DNA of 63,947 bases, counting the filler, from Nitrospinae bacterium RIFCSPLOWO2_12_FULL_45_22 (GTDB lineage: Bacteria > 2-12-FULL-45-22): the NCBI GenBank assembly GCA_001803565.1. It is 6 parts of 6 records of this genome, joined end to end, with 100 filler letters (N's around TTAATTAATTAA, not from the genome) between each part and the next. Parts side by side here need not be neighbours in the genome. Positions count along the whole stretch, not along the records: positions 26,774 to 49,664 come from MHDQ01000150.1; 5 more parts are not named here. One strand, 5' to 3'. Shown here piece after piece: positions 28,398 through 37,078 of the stretch (the first letter of the stretch is position 1; every line of letters begins with the position of its first letter). Under the pieces are notes generated by a model, which made no database searches, was not told the DNA's origin, and saw nothing but the letters and a program-made list of their open reading frames with translations. Both the position numbers and the translations under genes were made by a program.

Positions 28398-30212
28398 CTA
28401 TTTTTTGACAGCCGCCGTTTCACCATACCCCCGCTCTCCGGGTGGCAACTCTGTAATCTTTACCGGCTCATATTTCAATACCGGTAAATCACCCTCCTCT
28501 GGCCAATAAGCCAGGGTGCGTTTCAACCAGTTTGCATCGTCCCGTTTAGGATAATCTTCCCGAGAGTGGCTGCCGCGGCTCTCGGTCCGTTGCAGCGCTC
28601 CATAGGCGATACATAAGGCCAGGCGGAGCATGCCTGGTAAGCGCAAGGCTGCCCCCAGCTCTGGATTAGCCCCCTGTCCATCAGACATCAAACCTGCTTT
28701 TAATGAGCGCTGGTAGACTTCTCTCAGGGTATTAACGGCCTCCTGGAGGTCTTTCCCATTGCGGAAAATAAATACCTTCTCCAGCAGGGCATCTTCCATG
28801 ATCTTCTTCAGTTTATAGATATTCTCTTTACCGTTCCTGCCAGCAATCAGATTATTTATCCGCTCCTGCTGGCGCTTTATATGATCACGGACCATTGATT
28901 CCTTGTAGATAAAGGTAGTACCCGCCACATATTCAGCGGCCTTTCTACCGACTACCATGCCCATGACCGTTGTCTCTGCCAGGGAATTGCCCCCCAGGCG
29001 ATTAAAGCCGTGCATATCCCAGCAAGAGGCCTCACCGGCAGCATAGAGTCCGTTCAAGCCATAAGCCGCCCCATCAATATTGGTCCGGACACCACCCATA
29101 CTATAGTGTTGCGTGGGCCTGACCGGGATAAGCTCCTTTGCCGGATCAATCCCATTAAAATCCTGGCATACCTTGGCTATCTCCCTCAGGTTGGTATAGA
29201 TATGCTTACGGCCCAGGTGACGAATATCCAGCCAGAGGTGAAGACCATATTTACTATCTACTCCTTTACCTATCCTCATATGATGCATCATCCTTCGGGA
29301 GACAACGTCTCTGGAGGCGAGTTCTTTTTTTGCCGGCTCATAATCGGGCATGAAGCGGTGCAGGTCTTTATCCAATAAGTATCCACCATCACCCCTTGCC
29401 CCTTCGGTAATGAGCACCCAGGATGGGACAATAGCGGTGGGATGGAATTGTACTGCTTCCATGTTGCCTAAAGGTACTATGCCGGTATTAAGGGCAATAA
29501 ACATACCCGTACCTTCATTAATTATGGCATTAGTAGAGGCCCCATAGAGCCGGCCATAGCCACCAGTAGCTATTACTGTAACCTTAGCCAGATAAACCAT
29601 CAATTTGCCGGTGCGCAGACAGCGGCAGATAGCGCCATAGCACTTCTCGCCATCATGGATCAGAGAGAGGGTTTCTACCCGGTCATGGACGGTTATGCCC
29701 ATCTTTAGCACAACGGTGTCCATAGTATACTGGACGGTATGACCAGTGCCATCTGCGGTATAACAGGTCCGCCACTTGGCGGTGCCGCCAAAGTCCCGGG
29801 CCATGATCAGGCCTTCGTACTCAACTAACTCTTCTATCTCCCGGCCATCTGGCAGGGTCTTTCGGCCTGCTACTACACGGTTCCAGGGACATCCCCAATA
29901 GGACAACTGGCGTACTGCTACTGGAGCGAGGTTAGCAAAGAGCCTGGCAACATCCTGATCGCAGCCCCAGTCCGACCCCTTAACGGTATCAGTAAAATGT
30001 ATATCAGTATTATCTCCCCTACCCATAGCGGTATTACCCAAGGAGGCCTGCATACCACCCTGTGCCCCGGTACTGTGGGACCTTCGGGGAGGGACGATGC
30101 TCAAGATCGTTACATCACAACCACAACTAGCCGCCTCAATAGCGGTACGTTCCCCTGCTAATCCAGCCCCAATTACTAAGACATCAGTAATATAAGGGTT
30201 AGGTACACTCAT
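28398..30212 (-). CDS. frdA: Fumarate reductase flavoprotein subunit
   Basis: GAGLAG, RSHS.GAQGG, QFHPT, HYSMGG, HGFNRLGGNSL, ESRG.H.R. Confidence 0.94.
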   Translation of the reverse strand: MSVPNPYITDVLVIGAGLAGERTAIEAASCGCDVTILSIVPPRRSHSTGAQGGMQASLGNTAMGRGDNTDIHFTDTVKGSDWGCDQDVARLFANLAPVAVRQLSYWGCPWNRVVAGRKTLPDGREIEELVEYEGLIMARDFGGTAKWRTCYTADGTGHTVQYTMDTVVLKMGITVHDRVETLSLIHDGEKCYGAICRCLRTGKLMVYLAKVTVIATGGYGRLYGASTNAIINEGTGMFIALNTGIVPLGNMEAVQFHPTAIVPSWVLITEGARGDGGYLLDKDLHRFMPDYEPAKKELASRDVVSRRMMHHMRIGKGVDSKYGLHLWLDIRHLGRKHIYTNLREIAKVCQDFNGIDPAKELIPVRPTQHYSMGGVRTNIDGAAYGLNGLYAAGEASCWDMHGFNRLGGNSLAETTVMGMVVGRKAAEYVAGTTFIYKESMVRDHIKRQQERINNLIAGRNGKENIYKLKKIMEDALLEKVFIFRNGKDLQEAVNTLREVYQRSLKAGLMSDGQGANPELGAALRLPGMLRLALCIAYGALQRTESRGSHSREDYPKRDDANWLKRTLAYWPEEGDLPVLKYEPVKITELPPGERGYGETAAVKK

Positions 30213-30862
30213 TGGCCACCTCCTCCTGTCACTCCCGCATGACTCTTGATCACAAACAGAGAAACTATCCCCATGGCTATGATAGCCAGGGTAATCACAT
30301 CCAATACCTTACTCAGCTTCTGTCTCTTAAACCAGCCCCATTTCACCCCTATCCGGTAAAGGCCAATGCCTACATGGTATTCCCCACAGATTAGAAGGAT
30401 TATATAGAAGATAAAATAGGGGGATTGGGTTACTCTTTCGGCACTGATACTCATGTTGATGGTCCAGCGAGAAACAACGGTCCAGATATGGGCAGCCGCT
30501 AATATACCAATAGCTACGCCAGTTATAACCTGGAAGACCCAGGTCCAGGTATCGTAATGCATCAGTAGCCGTGAGTGTTTCCAGATCATCTTCATCTCTT
30601 GCAGGCGATTAGGGATACGCCGGCCAGCCAGCACCATATGGGCAAGGATTAATACAATAACAGCCGGGATACCAATCTGCGCCAAATAATAGGCCTCAAG
30701 GAATTTGGGCACTTGATTAAAGGCCTGGGGACCCACCAGGACACTAGCGACAAAGAACATATGCACCCATAAGAAACCTACTAATAGAAAACCACTTATA
30801 AGCTCAGCCAGGTCTATCACCAGATCGGTTTTATTACTGTGGGTCAGGATTCTTTGTAACAT
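30209..30862 (-). CDS. frdC: Fumarate reductase cytochrome b subunit
   Basis: Five hydrophobic helices with His ligands; GLYR.GVKWG; operon position. Confidence 0.85.
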   Translation of the reverse strand: MLQRILTHSNKTDLVIDLAELISGFLLVGFLWVHMFFVASVLVGPQAFNQVPKFLEAYYLAQIGIPAVIVLILAHMVLAGRRIPNRLQEMKMIWKHSRLLMHYDTWTWVFQVITGVAIGILAAAHIWTVVSRWTINMSISAERVTQSPYFIFYIILLICGEYHVGIGLYRIGVKWGWFKRQKLSKVLDVITLAIIAMGIVSLFVIKSHAGVTGGGGQ

Positions 30863-31217
30863 AAATCTCTCCTCCCTAGCTCAAAATAAATAGATAACCC
30901 CACCAACCACCCCGTAAGTAAACAGAACACAAAACCCGCCTCAGAAATTAACGGAACCATTTTACCCCATACCCCAAATCATTGCAAGCACTAATCAACT
31001 GCCCTAAAATTTTATCCTTCGTGAAGATAATTGCCTAATTCATTCAATATAGGCATGTTCTGTGCGAATGGAGTAATGTTTTTTACGGAGGCTGCTTGGG
31101 AAGACACATCCCAGACTTTCATCAAAGTTCCGAATGAACTGGTTCCCGCTGTGCGAGAATTGCTTGCCAAGAAGGTTGCTTGATTCTTATAGGTACCGAA
31201 AAATATCAATCTGCAGG

Positions 31218-31345
31218 GCAGAACCAGTCGCTGCAGCCGACGGAAAGACTGACGCTTCAACGTGCCCCGAGTATGTTCTTATCGGGATGTGCGAGTTGGT
31301 GTATGCAAGAAGTGCGGTACTACATAGTATGCAGTCAATGTCTTT
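31218..31345 (+). other. Possible degenerate integron attC left half behind a 42-aa ORF (31055-31183)
   Basis: GCAGAACCAGTCGCTGCAGCCGACGG resembles attC R''/L''; no GTTRRRY end found. Confidence 0.35.
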
Positions 31346-31401
31346 AAGACCATAGAATCAACTGTTTGTGGTGGAAGAAAAGCAGAGAGGAAAAGATGGG
31401 G

Positions 31402-32715
31402 TTAATTCCCTGATTTCTTCCGCTTTTTTGGCCACCAGCTCTCCAATCGTCTCTTGACCTCAGCCTCAAACCCCTGTCCCTTGGGCTGGTAATAAACCCT
31501 ACCGCGTAAAGGCCCGGGTAGATAGTCCTCTTCGACAAAACTATTGGGATAGTGATGGGGGTATTTGTATCCCTGGCTATAACCCAGGGACTTCATCAAA
31601 TGAGTCGGGGCATTACGCAGGCGCAGAGGTACGGGATAAGAAGGGGACTGCTGTATATCTTTTTCTACCTTATTATACGCCTCATATATGGCATTGCTCT
31701 TGGGGGCACAGGCCAGATAGACGGTAGCTTGTGCCAGGGCTAGCTTACCTTCGGGTAAGCCTATGAAATGAAAGGCCTGCATAGCAGATACCGCTATAGT
31801 AAGGGCCTGGGGATCAGCATTACCTATATCCTCTGAAGCAAACCGGATTAAACGCCGGGCAACATATAAGGGGTCCTCACCAGCTTCCAACATCCGCGCT
31901 AGCCAATAGAGGGCCGCATCAGGGTCGCTACCCCTAAGGCTCTTATGCAAGGCAGAGATCAGGTTATAATGCTCTTCTCCATCCTTATCATACAACAATG
32001 CCTTACGCTGTAAAGCATCTTGCAAGCCTTCCAGCGTGATAACTTTATTGCCATTATTCTGCCCTACTAAGATAGCAGCCGCCAGCTCTAAGGCATTGAG
32101 GGCTGTTCGGGCATCACCATCAGATATCCGGGCAATATACTCTAACACCCCGGGCTCTATCTCCAACTCCAGATTACCCAGGCCCCTTTCCCGGTCTTGT
32201 AAAGCGCGCTGCAAGATAATGATCAAGTCCTCGTCGGTCAAAGGGTTGAGGGTAAAGACCCGGGTGCGGGATAGGAGTGGGGGTATTATTTCGAATGAGG
32301 GGTTCTCGGTAGTAGCGCCAATAAGGATAATGGCCCCTTTCTCTACATGGGGTAAGAAGGCATCCTGCTGGGCTTTATTGAACCTATGGATCTCATCCAC
32401 AAAGAGGATAGTGCGACGGCCTTCTAACTGCTGTTTCCTGGCCTCTTCTATCACTCCTCTCAGGTCTTTTACCCCGGAAAGGACGGCGCTAAAAGAGACA
32501 AAATAGGCCCCGGTCTTTTGGGCAATAATATAGGCCAGGGTAGTCTTACCAGTCCCAGGAGGACCCCAGAAGATCATGGAGGGTATCTGGTCGGATTGGA
32601 TGACCCGATACAAAACTTTCCCTTCACCCAGGAGATAGTTCTGGCCAACAAATTCATCCAGCGTCCGGGGCCGTAGCCTGTCGGCTAAGGGGCTTGCCTG
32701 GGTATAATCATACAT
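31402..32715 (-). CDS. rarA: Replication-associated recombination protein A
   Basis: PLADRLRP, GPPGTGKTT, DEIHRFNKAQQD, ISALHKS.RGSD. Confidence 0.96.
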   Translation of the reverse strand: MYDYTQASPLADRLRPRTLDEFVGQNYLLGEGKVLYRVIQSDQIPSMIFWGPPGTGKTTLAYIIAQKTGAYFVSFSAVLSGVKDLRGVIEEARKQQLEGRRTILFVDEIHRFNKAQQDAFLPHVEKGAIILIGATTENPSFEIIPPLLSRTRVFTLNPLTDEDLIIILQRALQDRERGLGNLELEIEPGVLEYIARISDGDARTALNALELAAAILVGQNNGNKVITLEGLQDALQRKALLYDKDGEEHYNLISALHKSLRGSDPDAALYWLARMLEAGEDPLYVARRLIRFASEDIGNADPQALTIAVSAMQAFHFIGLPEGKLALAQATVYLACAPKSNAIYEAYNKVEKDIQQSPSYPVPLRLRNAPTHLMKSLGYSQGYKYPHHYPNSFVEEDYLPGPLRGRVYYQPKGQGFEAEVKRRLESWWPKKRKKSGN

Positions 32716-33526
32716 ATCCTGCGGCCTCTAAGTAACGCCTCAAGGCATCTTGCCAGGCAGGCAGAGGTTTCTGCGTAAGTGCTATATAGGCATTGTTATC
32801 CAGTACAGAATAGGTGGGTCGTGGGGCGGGACGGTCTGTTTCAGTGGAAGAAATAGGTATAAGCTCCACATTTTCTCTCCCAGTTTGTCTTAATATCTCC
32901 TGGGCCAGTTGATACCGGCTGCAGTAACCCTGGTTAGTAGCATGTACAATGCCTTTTGCCTGGCACTGTATGAGGTGACTGATAGCCTCTGCCAGGTCCA
33001 CAGTATAGGTAGGCGATCCTATCTGATCATTGACCACCCTGAGCGGCTCGCCACGGTCGGCTGCTTCTAAGATGCCCTTAACAAAATTTTTCCCTCCCAG
33101 CCCAAATAGCCAGGCGGTCCTAATAATCAAATAATTGTCCAAAACCTCCTGAATATGGAATTCTCCTAAGAGCTTGGAGTTTCCGTATTCATTGAGGGGC
33201 TCTGGCAGGTCATCCGGCACATATGGTTCTTTCTTTTCTCCGTCAAAGATATAATCGGTACTAATGTATATCATCTTTGCCCTTGCCTCTCTGCAGGCCA
33301 ACGCGACATGGCGGGTACCTATGCCATTGGCAGTATAAGCTATTCTGTAGTCTAGTTCACTCCCATCCACATCGGTATAAGCCGCAGTATGAACCACTAC
33401 CTCGGGCCGTGCTCGATAAATACCATGAGAGGAATCCTCCCTCACGGTAATATCAAATTCTTTTCGGGTAACACCAATCACTTCCCAGGAACTATTCTGG
33501 GACAGGTTCTTTACTACCTGAGACCC
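32708..33526 (-). CDS. rfbD: dTDP-4-dehydrorhamnose reductase (5' end in gap)
   Basis: AAYTDVD, ISTDYIFDG, YG.SK, VNDQ.GSPT, APRP.YS. Confidence 0.92.
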   Translation of the reverse strand, partial: GSQVVKNLSQNSSWEVIGVTRKEFDITVREDSSHGIYRARPEVVVHTAAYTDVDGSELDYRIAYTANGIGTRHVALACREARAKMIYISTDYIFDGEKKEPYVPDDLPEPLNEYGNSKLLGEFHIQEVLDNYLIIRTAWLFGLGGKNFVKGILEAADRGEPLRVVNDQIGSPTYTVDLAEAISHLIQCQAKGIVHATNQGYCSRYQLAQEILRQTGRENVELIPISSTETDRPAPRPTYSVLDNNAYIALTQKPLPAWQDALRRYLEAAGYV

Positions 33527-33787
33527 NNNNNNNNNNNNNNNNNNNNNNNNNNNNNNNNNNNNNNNNNNNNNNNNNNNNNNNNNNNNNNNNNNNNNNNNNN
33601 NNNNNNNNNNNNNNNNNNNNNNNNNCAAAATCAATTCCTTCTTGTTAATTGCTAATTTTACATTGTTAATTTTGCAATGAAGGCAGAAGCGGAGTGAACC
33701 TCTCATTTGCTCCTCCTTAGTGACTTAGTGCCCTGGCGGCTAAGCGGTTACACTATTTGCCTTTGCCGACGGCTGATAGCTGATGGT

Positions 33788-34795
33788 TTAAGTACTGTTT
33801 TTATACTGTTTTTTATAATAGAGCCAGTAGTTTCGGTCTTTTAGCCGTTTCCACCACTCTTGATTATCCTTATACCACTGGATAGTAATCCTCAGGGCCT
33901 CTTCAAAAGAGTACCCCGGCTCCCAACCAAGGTTCTTTAGCTTTGTCCAGGACAGGGCATAGCGAAAATCATGGCCGGGTCTATCTGGGACATATTCTAT
34001 GTATTCCTCGCCTCTATTCAATTCTTTAAGAATAAGTTGCGTAATCTCCAGGTTGGTCTTCTCATACCCGGCGCTGATATTGTATGATTCGCCTATCTGT
34101 CCTCCGTGAAGGATCAGGTCTATGGCGGCACAATGGTCCTGGGTAAAGATCCACTCCCGGACATTCTTACCATCTCCATATAGAGGGACTTTTTTGTCTT
34201 CCAGAAGATTGGTTATAAACAGGGGGATGAGTTTTTCGGGATACTGGTATGGCCCCATAAAATTGACACTATGAGTAACTATAGTGGGGATACCATAGGT
34301 CTTAAAATATGCCCGCACCAGGTGATCGGCCCCGGCTTTACTAGCTGAATAAGGGCTATTGGGACGAAAAGGAGAGGTTTCTGTAAAAACACCTGCCTGG
34401 ATAGAGCCATAAACCTCATCAGTACTTATCTGGATAAAGCGCTTTATGCGGTATTGCCTGGCAGCCTCGAGGAGGGTATAGGTCCCAACGACATCAGTTA
34501 GGATGAAAGACTTGGGGGATAAAATAGAGCGGTCTACATGGGTTTCAGCAGCATAATTGATAATGGCATCTACTTCCCTGACGATCTTTTTTACCAGGCT
34601 GCTAGCCGCAATATCTCCTTTTACAAACTTATAACGCGCGCCAAATCTCTCTTCTATATCAGTCAGGTTCTCGATGTTGCCCGCATAGGTAAGTCTATCC
34701 AGATTCACTACTTCATAGTGGGGGTATTTATGGAGGATATAGCGGATAAAGTTGGAGCCCATAAAACCCGCTCCACCTGTTACTAAGAGCCGCAT
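33788..34795 (-). CDS. rfbB: dTDP-glucose 4,6-dehydratase
   Basis: TGGAGFMGS, AAETHVDRS, STDEVYG, YSASK, DRPGHD.RY. Confidence 0.96.
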   Translation of the reverse strand: MRLLVTGGAGFMGSNFIRYILHKYPHYEVVNLDRLTYAGNIENLTDIEERFGARYKFVKGDIAASSLVKKIVREVDAIINYAAETHVDRSILSPKSFILTDVVGTYTLLEAARQYRIKRFIQISTDEVYGSIQAGVFTETSPFRPNSPYSASKAGADHLVRAYFKTYGIPTIVTHSVNFMGPYQYPEKLIPLFITNLLEDKKVPLYGDGKNVREWIFTQDHCAAIDLILHGGQIGESYNISAGYEKTNLEITQLILKELNRGEEYIEYVPDRPGHDFRYALSWTKLKNLGWEPGYSFEEALRITIQWYKDNQEWWKRLKDRNYWLYYKKQYKNST

Positions 34796-34859
34796 CTCTT
34801 TTATGCCTCCTGCTTGCTACCCTTTACTCTTCACTGCTTACTCCTTGCTGCTTACTGAA

Positions 34860-35315
34860 TTAGCCGTCTTTGCGATCCCACTTGTAAGGGATATCATTGT
34901 TGTGGGGATCAATTCGGTATTCATCAGGATTATTATAATTGTAGACTTCTGTAGGGCAGTTGATCAGAATGGCTTCATGCTGGCTTATGCATTTAAACCC
35001 ATGGATAACCAGGTTAGGGATGGATAGGAGCATGGGGTTATAATCGCCCATAAAAAACTCATTGACTTGGCCCCGGGTAGGAGATTCTGGGCGATCATCG
35101 TAAAGGACTACCTTCATCATCCCTTGAATAACAACAAAATTATCTGTCTGCTTCTGGTGATAATGCCAGCCTTTTACCACACCGGGGTAAGCTGTCGTCA
35201 TATATACCTGACCGAACTTCAGGAAGAGATCGTCATCGCTCCGGAGCAACTCCATAAGCCTTCCCCGCTCATCCGGTATCATTTTCAGACGTTTCGTCTT
35301 CACTCCATGAATCAC
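34860..35315 (-). CDS. rfbC: dTDP-4-dehydrorhamnose 3,5-epimerase family protein
   Basis: DERG, KGWHYH, D.RPESPT, HGF; rml operon. Confidence 0.85.
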   Translation of the reverse strand: MIHGVKTKRLKMIPDERGRLMELLRSDDDLFLKFGQVYMTTAYPGVVKGWHYHQKQTDNFVVIQGMMKVVLYDDRPESPTRGQVNEFFMGDYNPMLLSIPNLVIHGFKCISQHEAILINCPTEVYNYNNPDEYRIDPHNNDIPYKWDRKDG

Positions 35316-35337
35316 GGCAATACCATATAATCCTGAA

Positions 35338-35499
35338 GTAACCGTTCACCGCAGAGGCGCGGAGACGCAGAGAAGACTATAGGCGACGTCATTGGTCAAT
35401 GGCAAATGCAGGGCTACAAGGATTTAACCTAATGACTAATGACGGTCTCTGTAGTAGATTCTCCGCGCCTCTGCGGTAAATACCCTGCTGAACGCTTAC
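35338..35499. repeat. Three-layer nested inverted repeat with GTAAC-type ends
   Basis: GTAACCGTTCA...TGAACGCTTAC > ACCGCAGAGGCGCGGAGA...TCTCCGCGCCTCTGCGGT > TCATTGG/TAATGAC heptamers; no clear TSD. Confidence 0.7.
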
Positions 35500-35531
35500 G
35501 TTTTCATTTAAGCTCTCGCCCGGCATGTTAA

Positions 35532-36593
35532 TCACGGCAGCACAATCCTACTAAAGTCCCCCAGCATGAGCCGATAAGTCCCTGGTTTCGCTGTGGTAGA
35601 TACTACTTCTACATTCTTTCCCACCAGACTATCAGCAATCCTTCGATTGACACTTTTTATGCTACTGCTCTCCATAACTATGCTATGCTCTATTTCACTG
35701 TGCTGAATAAGGCATTCCGGGCCAATGGAGGTAAAGGGCCCAATAAACGAATCAATGATTTTAGTATTATGCCCTATGATAGCTGGGCCCCTGATGGTAC
35801 TGTTGATCACCTCTGAGCCTGGCTCTAGTACTACCTTAAAATCTACCCGGGAACCTGAATCAATCGCCCCCTCTAGCCTATTCTCTAAAGAATCCAGAAT
35901 AATTCGGTTAGCCTCTAATAAGTCTTCTATCTTACCGGTATCTTTCCACCAGCCTTTGATAATATGGGAGCGGATTTCGTAACCCTGGTCAATTAAATAT
36001 TGAATAGCATCGGTAATCTCCAGCTCCCCACGCCAGGAAGGCCGGATATTTTTTGCCGCATCAAATATATGCTGATCGAACATATAGACGCCAACCAATG
36101 CCAGGTCACTCTTAGGCTCTTTGGGCTTCTCGACTAATCTCACCACTTTATCTGCTACTAACTCTGCTACTCCAAACTGCTGGGGATTAGGGACTTTAGC
36201 CAGCAAGATCTGAGAGTGGCAGGTATTTCTTTGAAATTCCCCGACAAAATCCTTGATCCCTTGTTTGATCAGGTTATCTCCCAAATACATGACAAAAGGC
36301 TCATCCTGAAGAAACTCCTGCGCTACCAGGACAGCATGGGCCAATCCTAACGGGGCTTCCTGTTCAATATAAGATACCTTCATCCCCCACTGGGAACCAT
36401 CTCCCACCGCGGCCTTAATCTCTTCCCTGGTATCTCCCACTACAATCCCTATATCTTTAATACCTGCCTCTAACATGGCCTCTATCCCATAGAATAGTAC
36501 CGGTTTATTAGCTACTGGCACCAACTGCTTCGCCTGGGTATAAGTAATAGGCCGCAGCCGAGAGCCCCGGCCACCACTCAGGATTAAGCCTTT
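35532..36593 (-). CDS. rfbA: Glucose-1-phosphate thymidylyltransferase, long form (start in gap)
   Basis: KGLILSGGRGSRLRPITYT.AKQL upstream of the called ORF; EKP, RGELEITDA, WWKDTG. Confidence 0.92.
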   Translation of the reverse strand, partial: KGLILSGGRGSRLRPITYTQAKQLVPVANKPVLFYGIEAMLEAGIKDIGIVVGDTREEIKAAVGDGSQWGMKVSYIEQEAPLGLAHAVLVAQEFLQDEPFVMYLGDNLIKQGIKDFVGEFQRNTCHSQILLAKVPNPQQFGVAELVADKVVRLVEKPKEPKSDLALVGVYMFDQHIFDAAKNIRPSWRGELEITDAIQYLIDQGYEIRSHIIKGWWKDTGKIEDLLEANRIILDSLENRLEGAIDSGSRVDFKVVLEPGSEVINSTIRGPAIIGHNTKIIDSFIGPFTSIGPECLIQHSEIEHSIVMESSSIKSVNRRIADSLVGKNVEVVSTTAKPGTYRLMLGDFSRIVLP

Positions 36594-36621
36594 NNNNNNN
36601 NNNNNNNNNNNNNNNNNNNNN

Positions 36622-36994
36622 GGTAGCCGACGCAGATTACACTATTTAAGGAATGCCTGTCTGCCAAGGCACAGGCAGGGTAGTGGCAGAGCTTGCTCTG
36701 CAAATAAAGTCGAGCAAGCTCGACCACTACAAATTTATTACATAGCCTTTATGACAAAGGTAAGCGTTCAGCCGTCAGCAATCAGTGGTCAGCAAGACAA
36801 ATAAAAACAACAGCTTATATAGAAACCCTCAGCTTGGAAATTGTAGAACATCTCTCGTATCACCTTGTTTTTGCTGAAAGCTGACGGCTAATAGCTGAAC
36901 GCTTACTGACAAAGAATAGCCACACCCATTTTCTATTCTGAATTCTGACTCCTGTATTCTAGTTATCTGTGTGGATCTGCGGAAATCTGCGTCC
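36622..36994. mobile_element. Multiply nested repeat complex including a MITE (36760-36906) with 8-bp TSD TGACAAAG
   Basis: Outer arms match 42502-42650 in reverse complement; inner composite matches 20529-20623; GTAAGCGTTCAGC...GCTGAACGCTTAC inserted in it. Confidence 0.8.
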
Positions 36995-37020
36995 AATAAA
37001 TGGGGGTTTGCCTAAAAGCA

Positions 37021-37053
37021 ATAACGCCAGGGCAAAGCGATCCCTGGCGTTAT
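37021..37053 (-). terminator. Hairpin downstream of lptD
   Basis: ATAACGCCAGGG-9nt-CCCTGGCGTTAT perfect 12-bp stem. Confidence 0.55.
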
Positions 37054-37078
37054 ATTTCTTCAAAATGGAATCCACCAA

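Noticed and set aside
33626-33706. Called N-terminus of rfbD before the N gap
   Set aside because: The sequence matches the repeat family at 57145-57200; the true start lies in the gap
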